The notes below the pieces were generated by a model. The model was not told where the DNA came from, did not search any database, and saw nothing but the letters and a program-made list of their open reading frames with translations. The position numbers and the translations under genes were made by a program. Source: an uncultured Anaerolineaceae bacterium (lineage in GTDB: Bacteria > Chloroflexota > Anaerolineae > Aggregatilineales > Phototrophicaceae). From it: 64,000 nt of DNA. Below, one piece after another: positions 9,246-18,274 of the stretch (its first letter is position 1; the number at the start of each line of letters is the position of its first letter). The stretch is from assembly GCA_964556745.1 (NCBI GenBank), contig CAZKXW010000007.1, positions 21,028-85,027 on the forward strand. Reading direction: 5' to 3'.

Positions 9246-12200
9246 TCAGTTCACGACGGGCGTCGTCTGCGTAATGCGTTTGCTGACGGGCAGCGTGAAC
9301 CAGAAGGTGGAGCCGGCGCCCTTTTCGCTTTCAACGTAGATTTCACCGCCGTGCATGTGGATCAAGTGGCGGGTGATGACCAGCCCCAGGCCGGTTCCGC
9401 CGGCGCGGCGGGTCGCTGAACCATCCACCTGATGGAACTGCTGGAACAACCCCTTCATCTCGTCGGGGGTCATGCCAATGCCGCTGTCCTTGACGCGGAT
9501 AATCACCTGCCGGTCCTGGTCGTATTCCAGTTCGACGCGCACTTCACCCTGTTCGGTGAACTTGATGGCGTTGTTAACCAGGTTGAGGATGATCTGGCGC
9601 ATCCGCACGGGATCGCCCGTTACAGCCGGGATGTCGTTGAGCGGTTCGATGTTCAGTTCGATCCCCTTGTTCTTGGCCAGGATCGCGCAGGTGTTATGGA
9701 CGTCTTCCATGACCTGCATCAGGTTGGCTTCGCGGCGGTCGATCCGCATCTGGCCGGCTTCGATCTTCGCCAGATCGAGGATGTCGTTGATGATCGAGAG
9801 CAGGTGCTTGCCGCCGCTGTGGATGGCTTGCACGTCTTCGATGGCTTCTTCGGACAGGTCGCCGTCGATACCGTCGATCAGCACTTCGGCATAGCCGATG
9901 ATCGAGTTCAGCGGCGTCCGCAGTTCATGGCTCATGTTCGCCAGGAACTGGGACTTGAGGCGGTCCAGTTCGCGCAGGCGTTGGGCGGTCTGCTCCTGTT
10001 CCTGGAAGGCGCGGGCGTTTTCGACCGCCACGGCGATCTGGTCGGCGAGCGCAGTCTTGACGCGCACATCTTCACTGCTGAAGCGGCCAATGATGCTGGC
10101 CTGCACGTCCAGCACGCCGATTACCCGGTCGCCGACGATGAGCGGCAGCGCCAGTTCGGATTTGGTCTCCGGCAGCAGGGGGTTTGGCAGGAAGTCGGGT
10201 TCCTGGGTGACATCGTTGGAGATGACGCCCTGCCGGGTACGGGCGGCACGGGCGACCAGGCTGTGTTCGCGGCCCAGCGGGATGGCGTGGTTTCTGGACT
10301 TCATCGTTTGGCCGGCTTCACCCGCGCCTGCCGCCAGCACGAGGTTCTGGCCTTCTTCGTCCAGCAGGTAGACATGCGCGTGATAGAGATCGAAACGTTC
10401 TTTGGTGAGATCGACCACGGCTTGGAGCAGATCATCCAGGTTAAGCAGCGTGGTAGCAGCCGCGCTCACCTGGGCGACCGTTTCCAGTTCGGCGGCGCGC
10501 TGGCTGATCTCCCGCGTCAGATAGAGCCGTTCCAGGGCGACCGCGGCCTGTTCGACCGCTGCGCGGAAGATGCGGCGGTCGCGCTCGGTGAAGGAGTATG
10601 GCTCTGGAGAAGAGATGTTGATCGATCCATGCTGGTGGTGCTGGATGTGGATGCCGGAGGCCATTAGGCTCATCACGCCGGCGTTGTGGTAGACGGCGCG
10701 GGTCATTTCGTCCAGCGTGGGATCGGCGGCAGTGTTTTCGATGAAGGTCTCGTCCTGATCGGTCGAGAACAACGGTGAGCCGCTGACATCCAGCGGGACC
10801 TCGATGCCGGCCATCGACGAGCCATCCGCGCGTTTATCGGCGATGACGCGGTACATGGTTAGGCTGCCATCGGCGTCGCGGATCAGGTCGCCGAAGGTGA
10901 CATTGGCGTTCGGCATGGGCGCGACATGGCTGGCGAACGTATCGACGATGGTTTGCACATCGGATGCTTCGTTGAGCATGGCGCTGACCTGGTAGAGCGT
11001 ATCGGACTCTTCCTGGGCGTGTTTGCGTTCGGAAATGTCCGTGCGGATGGCGATGTACTGGTAGGGTTTGCCGTTTTCATCCATGAAGGGGACGATGGTC
11101 GATTCGACCCAGTAGAAGCTGCCATCCTTGCGCTGGTTACGGAATTCGCCCTTCCAGACATTCCCGTTCGCCAGTGTGACCCATAGATCGCGGATGTATT
11201 CCTTGGAGTGGTAGCCGGAGTTGATGATGCGGTGATCCTGGCCGAGGAGTTCCTCGCGCGAGTAGCCGGAGATTTCGCAGAATTTATCGTTGGCGTAGAG
11301 GATGATGCCGCGCTGGTCGGTGATGGCGACGATGGAGTGTTGATCGAGCGCGTCGCGGATGTCGCGCACCTGTTTTTGGGCTTGCTGCACGCGCTGGAAG
11401 GCGCGGGCATTTTCGACCGCCACGGCGATCTGGTCGGCCAGAGCCGCCTTGACGCGGATGTCCTCGTCCGTGAACCAGTTGGTCTGGTTGGCCTGCACGT
11501 CCAGCACGCCGATCAGCCGGTCGCCGACGATGAGCGGCAGCGCCAGTTCGGACCTGGTTTCCGGCAGCAGGGGGTTTGGTAGGAAGTCGGGTTCCTGGGT
11601 GACATCGTTGGAGATGACGCCCTGCCGGGTACGCGCAGCACGGGCGACCAGACTGTGTTCGCGGTTGAGCGGGATGGCATGACCCTTCTTCTTCATCTGC
11701 TGACCACGTTCACCCGCGCCTGCGGCCAGAGCGAGACGCTCGCCGGCGCTATCCAGCAGGTAGATGTGGGCATGGTACAGGCCGAAACGTTCTTTGGTCA
11801 GATCCGCCACGGCTTGCAGCAGGTGATCCAGGTCGAGGATAGTCGTGGTGGCCGCGCTCACCTGGGCGACCGTTTCCAGTTCGGCGGCGCGGCGAGTAAT
11901 TTCGTCGGCCTGGAAGCGCCGTTCCAGACCGATGGAGATCTGGTTGGCGACCGCGCGGCCCAGTTCGATCTCTTCTTCGGAGAAGGGATGCAGGGCGCGG
12001 GTGTAGTTGAGGAACACGACGCCACGCACCGCGTTGGAAGCCATAACTGGCAGAGCGATGACCGATTTGATGCGCAGCCGCTCTTCGATGAGTTCTTGCG
12101 GGAAGCCGGGATAGGCGCGGGTGTCATCGACCGGTTCGACATCGCGGTTGTTGAGGGCGGCCAGACCGTTCGGGTAGGTTTCGGCTGAGGCTACATAGGT

Positions 12201-14021
12201 CTGGGCGATCTGGCTGTCCATGGCGTCGCCAACGCCGTAGCGCCCGCGCCACATCCGGGCTGCGTAGTCGAATTCGGTATAGACCGCATTATCCGCATTA
12301 AACAGGTCGAGCGCGATGCGCATCGTACCTTCCAGCATCAGGTCAGTATCTTCCGCCACGCGGATGATTTCGGCGATCTGGCTGTTGGCCTGAAGGTCGC
12401 GGAGGCGGAATTGGGCGGCGCTGAACTGCTGGGCGTTCTGCACCGCCACACCGATCTGCCCAGCCATCAGCTCGAAGACGCGCGCGAGGTCTGAGGTGAA
12501 GTAGTTCGGGGTATCGCTCTGGACATCCAACACGCCGACCACGCGGCCGCGGGCGATCAACGGGGTCGCCAGTTCGGAGCGCGTCTCCGGCAGGAGGGGA
12601 TGTGGCAGGAAGGTCCGCGACTGCCGGACGTCGGCGACGATCACGCTCTTGCGATCGCGGGCGGCGGCGGCCACGATGCTCTGCATGTGATCGAGCTGAA
12701 TGCTGCGTTTCTCGCTGACCATCTGCTGGCCGATCTCGCCGGCGCCAGCGCTCAAGCGCAGCACCTTGCTGGAGTCATCCAGCAGGTAGATGTGGGCGTG
12801 ATACAGGTTGAAGGACTCTTTGGTCAGGTCAGAGATCGATTTCAGCAGGATGCCTGGATCGAGGATGGTCGCAACCTGCGAACTCACATCGGCAGCGACG
12901 AGCAGATCGCGGGTTCGAGCGGCTATGGTCGATTCCAAACTGGTGATCAACTGCTGGAGTTCTGCCGCCATGGCGCGGAAGGCTGCGGCTAGCAGACCGA
13001 TTTCGCCGCGCGAGTGGATCGGGATGGGGGTCGAGAAATCTCCGCTGCGAAGCCGCTGGGCAGCGCCTGTCAACACCTGAACCGGCCTCATGATCTGTCC
13101 CGACAAAATGTAGATGATGATGGCCGCCACGACCGCGATCACCGCCACCAGCAGGGCCGTCCGCAGCGCTAGATCGTTCAACGGCGCGTCAATTTCGGCC
13201 ATCGGCAAACGGCCCACTGCGATCCAATCCTGCGAGCCGCTGAGCGGCACATAATTCATCAGCGATGCGCCAGATTCAACATCTTGCTCGACCAGGCTGC
13301 CGCTTTCGCCGCGCAGCGCCGCCTGTACCGACTGCATATTGCTCACATCGCTGAACAGGGCGCTGGGGTGGGAGTCGCCGACCACGCGGCCTTCACGGTT
13401 GGCGATAAAGACTTCGCCCGTCTGCCCGACTTTGGTCGAAGACACGATATCAGCGATAGACTGCTGATCGATATTGGCAGCGACCACGCCGACCAAGTGC
13501 CCGTCTTCATCCCGTATGGGCCCGGCCAGCGAAATGACGAACCGCTGGTTCTGGGTGGAATAGTACAGGTCGGTGATAATGATGCTGTCCTGCTCCATCA
13601 CGCGCTGGAACCACATCTGATCGGTTTGGTCGCCCAAGGTGTTATCGGTCGCCGTGATGATCTGGCCGGTCGGATCGGTGAGATAGATGGCCGTGTAAAC
13701 GCCGTAGGCCTCTTTGACGGTATTCAGATAATCGCGTTTGGCTTCGAGGGTGTCTTCATCGCTGATGAGCGTCTCGGCTTTGGACATGACTTCGATATCG
13801 CCCAGGCGTTCGGCCAGGAAGCGCTGCACGTCGCTGCCAACGGCGGCGGCGATGCCCTGGACGCTGCTGCCGATCTGATCCTGAAGGGCAGCGCTCCACT
13901 GCCGGTAGGTTCGTATACCCATCAGGGTAACGGGGATCAGCGCAGCGAGGAGTGTAAAGGCAAAGATACGCCAGCGGAAACTGGCATACCAGGGGACGCG
14001 GTTCATTTCAACTGCGGTCAT
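9246..14021 (-). CDS. membrane sensor histidine kinase: TM-dCache-TM-HAMP-GAF-GAF-GAF-PAS-GAF-GAF-HisKA-HATPase
   Basis: Two TM helices flank a Cache-like region; HAMP (PVQVL...EIGLLA); GAF repeats; PAS (NDKFCEISGYSREELLG); H-box MSHELRTPL; NAIKFT, DSGIG and GTGLGL. Confidence 0.93.
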   Translation of the reverse strand: MTAVEMNRVPWYASFRWRIFAFTLLAALIPVTLMGIRTYRQWSAALQDQIGSSVQGIAAAVGSDVQRFLAERLGDIEVMSKAETLISDEDTLEAKRDYLNTVKEAYGVYTAIYLTDPTGQIITATDNTLGDQTDQMWFQRVMEQDSIIITDLYYSTQNQRFVISLAGPIRDEDGHLVGVVAANIDQQSIADIVSSTKVGQTGEVFIANREGRVVGDSHPSALFSDVSNMQSVQAALRGESGSLVEQDVESGASLMNYVPLSGSQDWIAVGRLPMAEIDAPLNDLALRTALLVAVIAVVAAIIIYILSGQIMRPVQVLTGAAQRLRSGDFSTPIPIHSRGEIGLLAAAFRAMAAELQQLITSLESTIAARTRDLLVAADVSSQVATILDPGILLKSISDLTKESFNLYHAHIYLLDDSSKVLRLSAGAGEIGQQMVSEKRSIQLDHMQSIVAAAARDRKSVIVADVRQSRTFLPHPLLPETRSELATPLIARGRVVGVLDVQSDTPNYFTSDLARVFELMAGQIGVAVQNAQQFSAAQFRLRDLQANSQIAEIIRVAEDTDLMLEGTMRIALDLFNADNAVYTEFDYAARMWRGRYGVGDAMDSQIAQTYVASAETYPNGLAALNNRDVEPVDDTRAYPGFPQELIEERLRIKSVIALPVMASNAVRGVVFLNYTRALHPFSEEEIELGRAVANQISIGLERRFQADEITRRAAELETVAQVSAATTTILDLDHLLQAVADLTKERFGLYHAHIYLLDSAGERLALAAGAGERGQQMKKKGHAIPLNREHSLVARAARTRQGVISNDVTQEPDFLPNPLLPETRSELALPLIVGDRLIGVLDVQANQTNWFTDEDIRVKAALADQIAVAVENARAFQRVQQAQKQVRDIRDALDQHSIVAITDQRGIILYANDKFCEISGYSREELLGQDHRIINSGYHSKEYIRDLWVTLANGNVWKGEFRNQRKDGSFYWVESTIVPFMDENGKPYQYIAIRTDISERKHAQEESDTLYQVSAMLNEASDVQTIVDTFASHVAPMPNANVTFGDLIRDADGSLTMYRVIADKRADGSSMAGIEVPLDVSGSPLFSTDQDETFIENTAADPTLDEMTRAVYHNAGVMSLMASGIHIQHHQHGSINISSPEPYSFTERDRRIFRAAVEQAAVALERLYLTREISQRAAELETVAQVSAAATTLLNLDDLLQAVVDLTKERFDLYHAHVYLLDEEGQNLVLAAGAGEAGQTMKSRNHAIPLGREHSLVARAARTRQGVISNDVTQEPDFLPNPLLPETKSELALPLIVGDRVIGVLDVQASIIGRFSSEDVRVKTALADQIAVAVENARAFQEQEQTAQRLRELDRLKSQFLANMSHELRTPLNSIIGYAEVLIDGIDGDLSEEAIEDVQAIHSGGKHLLSIINDILDLAKIEAGQMRIDRREANLMQVMEDVHNTCAILAKNKGIELNIEPLNDIPAVTGDPVRMRQIILNLVNNAIKFTEQGEVRVELEYDQDRQVIIRVKDSGIGMTPDEMKGLFQQFHQVDGSATRRAGGTGLGLVITRHLIHMHGGEIYVESEKGAGSTFWFTLPVSKRITQTTPVVN

Positions 14022-14024
14022 GGA

Positions 14025-15035
14025 TTACCTCGCCTGCTGCTGGAGAGATTGAACGAACGACGGATCGAGGATGGCCTGCACATCTACCGCCTCTTTAATC
14101 AGCCCAGTTTCCATGAAGATCTCCACGGTGATCTTTCCGCTGACAAAGGCGGAACCACTCTCTTGGTAGGCAGGATCCATGGCTGTGCTGTTCTCTGATG
14201 CCGAATACAGCCGCAGGAGCGTCATACTGTCGCGCATTTCATCCGGACTTAGGCCAATCCGTTCGCCGACCAGCGCATTGCCTTCTTCTGGATTGGCCGC
14301 CCACCAGACCTGGGCCGCGCTGAGAGCCTGGACAAAGCGCTGGATGCGATCCGGGTCGGCTTCGATGCTTTGCTGCTGGAAGGCAATGACATCGATGACC
14401 ATGCCGGGCAGTTCGGCGCTGCTTCCCAGAACAAATGCCCCCTGTTCGACAGCCTGTTGGGTGAAGGGGGCGTAAGTATGCCCAGCGTCAATCACGCCAG
14501 CAGCCAGCGCATCCGGAACTTCGCTGGGATCAAGGCTGATCATCGTGAAGTCCGACGCCTGAAGCCCCGCCTGTTTGAGAAGTGCCAGGGTGAAGACCTG
14601 TCCGAATGTGCCGTAGGCCATGCCAATCCGTTTGCCGCGCAGGTCAGTCAGACGCTCCACATAATTGGAGACGAGAACATCGCCGCCAATCGATTGATCG
14701 GTCAGCCAGACCACCCGAAGCGGCACGCCGGCCGCAGCCAGGGCAATGGCGTCGCTCAAGGTCGAGACACCACCATCAATGCGTTTCTCGGCAAAAGCCT
14801 GGGTGGTCTGAAAGCTCGCGTCAAACGGCACCAACTGCACATCGATGCCCTGCTCCTGGAAAAAGCCCCTGGCTTCGGCGATATAGAGGATGCCAAAGCC
14901 CGGCCAGGGATCGACGCCAACGGTGAGCGTATCGCGTGAGGCCTGAGCGGGGGCTTCTGCCTGGATCACCTGGACGCTGCCCGCCAGGGACAGCGCCGCG
15001 AGCGCAATCCACAGCGCGCTTTTCAATTTCGACAT
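14025..15035 (-). CDS. exported substrate-binding protein (SsuA/NMT1-THI5-like) with no adjacent permease
   Basis: Signal peptide; WPGFGILYIAEARGFF, DLRGKRIG and GVIDAGHTYAPF; ends 3 bp before the kinase start. Confidence 0.85.
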   Translation of the reverse strand: MSKLKSALWIALAALSLAGSVQVIQAEAPAQASRDTLTVGVDPWPGFGILYIAEARGFFQEQGIDVQLVPFDASFQTTQAFAEKRIDGGVSTLSDAIALAAAGVPLRVVWLTDQSIGGDVLVSNYVERLTDLRGKRIGMAYGTFGQVFTLALLKQAGLQASDFTMISLDPSEVPDALAAGVIDAGHTYAPFTQQAVEQGAFVLGSSAELPGMVIDVIAFQQQSIEADPDRIQRFVQALSAAQVWWAANPEEGNALVGERIGLSPDEMRDSMTLLRLYSASENSTAMDPAYQESGSAFVSGKITVEIFMETGLIKEAVDVQAILDPSFVQSLQQQAR

Positions 15036-15429
15036 ACCTTTCCATCCTACTGGTGAGAAACTAGTCATGCTGGGCCCTTGATCATGGCGACCGGAATGTT
15101 CGTAACTCATGGGGGAAGCATGCAAAGGCGAATGATTCTTGCGCGGGCGATCCGCCGGGTCACCCCTACGATGATTTGCCTTTGATTGGGTTTTCCCATC
15201 ATATGACGCAGCGCGGCGGTCATTCTGCCCTCACTCCTCGCCCTCAGGGAGAAGGGCGACCTGCGCGAGATACGTTCGTAATCTTCACAAATTGTAGGGG
15301 CATTCCTCTGCCGCAACCATTGAGACTGCCCCCGGCAAAGTTTGGATTACTTAACGAAGCATTGCGGGTTACAGATTCGTTCATGGGGGAACGCCGTGCC
15401 GCGGTCTTTGTGTTTTTGGTGGAAAACCG

Positions 15430-15438
15430 TGTTACAAT
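15430..15438 (+). promoter_or_regulatory. putative extended -10 element for the roadblock operon
   Basis: TGTTACAAT about 46 bp upstream of GTG 15485. Confidence 0.4.
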
Positions 15439-15484
15439 CCAACGAGTGATGAACGTCTTCCTTGTGGGTGCAGGAGAATTTGTC

Positions 15485-15856
15485 GTGGCGAAGTCACGAA
15501 CTGAACAACTTGTCGAACGCCTGCGCGATTTGCAGGCCAGCTCCGGTGACGTCGAAGCGGCCGCCATCGTCAGCGTGGATGGCTTGAGCATGGCCTCTTC
15601 GCTGCCCGGCCACATCGAAGAAGATCGTGTCAGCGCGATGTCTGCCGCCATGCTCTCGCTGGGCGAACGAATTTCATCGGAATTGGGACGGGGCGGCTTG
15701 GAACAGGTCATGGTCAAAGGCGAAAACGGCTATGTCATCCTGACGGCCGTTGGCGAAGAAGCCGTGCTGACCGTCCTGGCCCGCAAGGAAGCTAAGCTCG
15801 GTTTGATCTTTCTGGACGTCACCCGCACTGTGGATGCGCTCGAGCAGCTTGTGTGA
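15485..15856 (+). CDS. roadblock/LC7 (MglB-like) protein
   Basis: GTG after CAGGAG; AAIVSVDGL..AS, VSAMSAAMLSLGER and KLGLIFLD. Confidence 0.9.
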   Translation: MAKSRTEQLVERLRDLQASSGDVEAAAIVSVDGLSMASSLPGHIEEDRVSAMSAAMLSLGERISSELGRGGLEQVMVKGENGYVILTAVGEEAVLTVLARKEAKLGLIFLDVTRTVDALEQLV

Positions 15857-16494
15857 TCCAAGACGTTGTGCTGCAAACCAGTCATCTGTATTACCCCAAC
15901 CGAATCGCGCGCTATTTCTTCGACGCGATGGACGACGTGATGGGGCAGGTTGGCCTGAATGCGGTTCTGACTCTGGCCGGTCTCGATTCTTACGTGGGCA
16001 CACCGCCGCCGGATAATCTGAAGCGCGAATTTGACTTTGCGGCGATGGCCGCCCTCAACATTGCCCTGGAACAGACTTACGGCACACGCGGCGGCCGGGG
16101 CATCGCCATGCGAATTGGGCGGGCCTGCTTCTCGCAGGGGATGCGAAGTTTCGGCGCGCTGGCCGGGATCAGCGACCCGGCGTTCCGCGCCAAGCCGCTG
16201 GAAGAATGTGGCGCCTTGGGGCTGAAGGCCCTGGCGCACGTCTTCAACACCTTCAGCGACCAGGGATCGCGCGTCGAAATCGACCAGACGACCTACCGCT
16301 TCATCGTCAATCCCAGCCCGGTAGCCTGGGGCCGCACCTCGGATAAACCGGTGTGTCACGCGCTGGCCGGCATCATCCAGGAGGCCATGCGCTGGGCATC
16401 CAACGGCCGCGAATACTATGTTTTCGAGACGGCCTGCCGCGCCTGCGGCGAGCCGGAATGCGTGTTTACCATCAACAAAACACCCATCGCCTGA
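15853..16494 (+). CDS. V4R (4-vinyl reductase) domain protein
   Basis: KPVCH...GII...ETACRACGEPECVF; GTGA overlap with the upstream stop codon. Confidence 0.88.
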   Translation: MIQDVVLQTSHLYYPNRIARYFFDAMDDVMGQVGLNAVLTLAGLDSYVGTPPPDNLKREFDFAAMAALNIALEQTYGTRGGRGIAMRIGRACFSQGMRSFGALAGISDPAFRAKPLEECGALGLKALAHVFNTFSDQGSRVEIDQTTYRFIVNPSPVAWGRTSDKPVCHALAGIIQEAMRWASNGREYYVFETACRACGEPECVFTINKTPIA

Positions 16495-16511
16495 AACTGA
16501 AGGGGGCCAGC

Positions 16512-17369
16512 GTGACCGACAAGCCCACGATTCTGATCGTCGAGGATGACCTCGACCTGGCCGAGATGCTGAGCGCCTACTTCCGCGTCCAGAACTACGA
16601 GGTGCTGACGGCCGCTTGGGGCAAGGATGCCATCGAGATCAGCCAGGATGCCCGGCTGGCGCTGGTTGTCCTGGATATCCGGCTGCCGGATATTGACGGC
16701 TACGAAGTCTGCCGCCAGCTTCGCTCGCAGCGCCGCACCGAGAATGTGCCGGTCATCTTCCTGACCGAGCGGCGCGACCGCGTGGACAAACTCCACGGTC
16801 TGGAACTGGGCGTGGTCGATTACATCACCAAGCCCTTTGATGTTCAGGAACTGCGGCTGCGCGTTCGCAACGCCATCAGCCGGGCAGCCCGCCAGACCAA
16901 CACCAATCCCGTCACCGAGCTGCCCGAACCTCAACTGGTCGAAGAAAAGCTCAACAGCCTGGTCCTGGCCGACGATCCCTGGTCGCTGCTGCTGATTTCG
17001 GTGACGGGGTTGAGTACCTACCGCGAACGCTACGGCTTTGTGGCTGCCGACGATGTGATGCGGGCGATCACGCTGATGGTGCGGAATGCTGTCCGGGAGT
17101 TCGGGTTGGAGGACGATTTCATCGGCCATCTCGGACCCGAAGACTTTCTGATCGTCACCGGGCCGGAGCGCGTCCACTTGATCCGCCAGCGGGTCGAAAC
17201 CCGCGTCAGCCAATCCAGCGAGTATTTCTACCCGCTGCGGGATCGTGAAGAAGACGCGGCGCCGAACGTGATTGGCCTGCGCTTTGGCCGGGTGGACTCG
17301 GCAGCCCGCGCTTTCCAGGACGCCGCCGATCTGAAGCAGGCGCTTTTCGCTGACGCCGGTTTCGCTTAA
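16512..17369 (+). CDS. response regulator with a degenerate GGDEF domain
   Basis: REC (VEDD, LDIRLPDIDG, TKPF); NPVTELP, ERYGFVAADDVM, and GHLGPEDF in place of GG(D/E)EF. Confidence 0.88.
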   Translation: MTDKPTILIVEDDLDLAEMLSAYFRVQNYEVLTAAWGKDAIEISQDARLALVVLDIRLPDIDGYEVCRQLRSQRRTENVPVIFLTERRDRVDKLHGLELGVVDYITKPFDVQELRLRVRNAISRAARQTNTNPVTELPEPQLVEEKLNSLVLADDPWSLLLISVTGLSTYRERYGFVAADDVMRAITLMVRNAVREFGLEDDFIGHLGPEDFLIVTGPERVHLIRQRVETRVSQSSEYFYPLRDREEDAAPNVIGLRFGRVDSAARAFQDAADLKQALFADAGFA

Positions 17370-17391
17370 GCCGCGCCGCGCCGAGACCCGC

Positions 17392-18174
17392 ATGACCAAA
17401 CCGTCATTCAAAGCCGCGCTGCGTTCCAGTCCGGTGCGCCCCATCTACTTCTGGCTCGCCAACCGCTACCGGGAACTGCGCCGCCTGTTCATCTACCCGC
17501 CGACGGCCCGCGTCGGTGCGGTCGATTACGACACCTATTGGGAGAACAAAGCGCCTGACCAGTTGGGTGAGCTTTCGCCCTGGCGGCAGCGCCGCGCCCA
17601 GGTCTTCACCGATCTGGTGGCCGAGGGCGACCGGGTGCTCGATCTCGGCGTAGGGGATGGGGCGCTGCTGCGCTACATCCTCCAGCGCAAGCGTATCCAG
17701 GCTTTCGGGCTGGATGTCTCGCCCAGAGCGGTGGAGTTCTGCCGGGCCCAGGGGTTGGAGGTCGAACTGGCCGACCTGAACCAGCCGATCAGCGCCTATC
17801 TGCGCCAGCCCTACGACTTCATCATCTGCTCGGAGATCATCGAGCATCTGCCCGACCCCGAATCGCTGCTGAACAACCTGCGGCCGTTTGCCCGGAAGGG
17901 CATCATCATCTCGATCCCCAACACAGGCTACTACCTGCACCGGCTGCGGCTGCTCTTCGGGCGCTTCCCGCTGCAATGGGTGGTGACGCCCGGCGAGCAT
18001 CTGCGCTACTGGACGCGCGCCGATTTCCACTGGTGGGCGCGGCAGATGCGCTTCGGCATCGTCCGCGAGGTCGCCTATGAAGGCGTGCGCGGCCTGAAGC
18101 GGTTCTGGCCGAGCCTGTTCGCTGCTGCGTTCGTCTACCAATTGGAGGACTCAACACAGGCCGAGTCCCCGTAA
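17392..18174 (+). CDS. class I SAM-dependent methyltransferase (MetW-like)
   Basis: Motifs VLDLGVGDG, GLDVS, SEIIEHL and SIPN. Confidence 0.85.
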   Translation: MTKPSFKAALRSSPVRPIYFWLANRYRELRRLFIYPPTARVGAVDYDTYWENKAPDQLGELSPWRQRRAQVFTDLVAEGDRVLDLGVGDGALLRYILQRKRIQAFGLDVSPRAVEFCRAQGLEVELADLNQPISAYLRQPYDFIICSEIIEHLPDPESLLNNLRPFARKGIIISIPNTGYYLHRLRLLFGRFPLQWVVTPGEHLRYWTRADFHWWARQMRFGIVREVAYEGVRGLKRFWPSLFAAAFVYQLEDSTQAESP

Positions 18175-18274
18175 ACGAGCATCACAACCGCAGCGGGGGA
18201 GACCGAGAAATAAACGAGGGCCAGCGTGATGCTGACCCCCCTTCTGATTCAGGCGCGTTCCGGTGATTTTCCCA

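Noticed and set aside
15176..15484. Long N-terminal extensions in the ORF track (roadblock; also at 16353, 46737, 48993, 60769 and 62418)
   Set aside because: Domain similarity, and in most cases an RBS, begins at downstream starts. The extensions overlap promoters or neighbouring genes.
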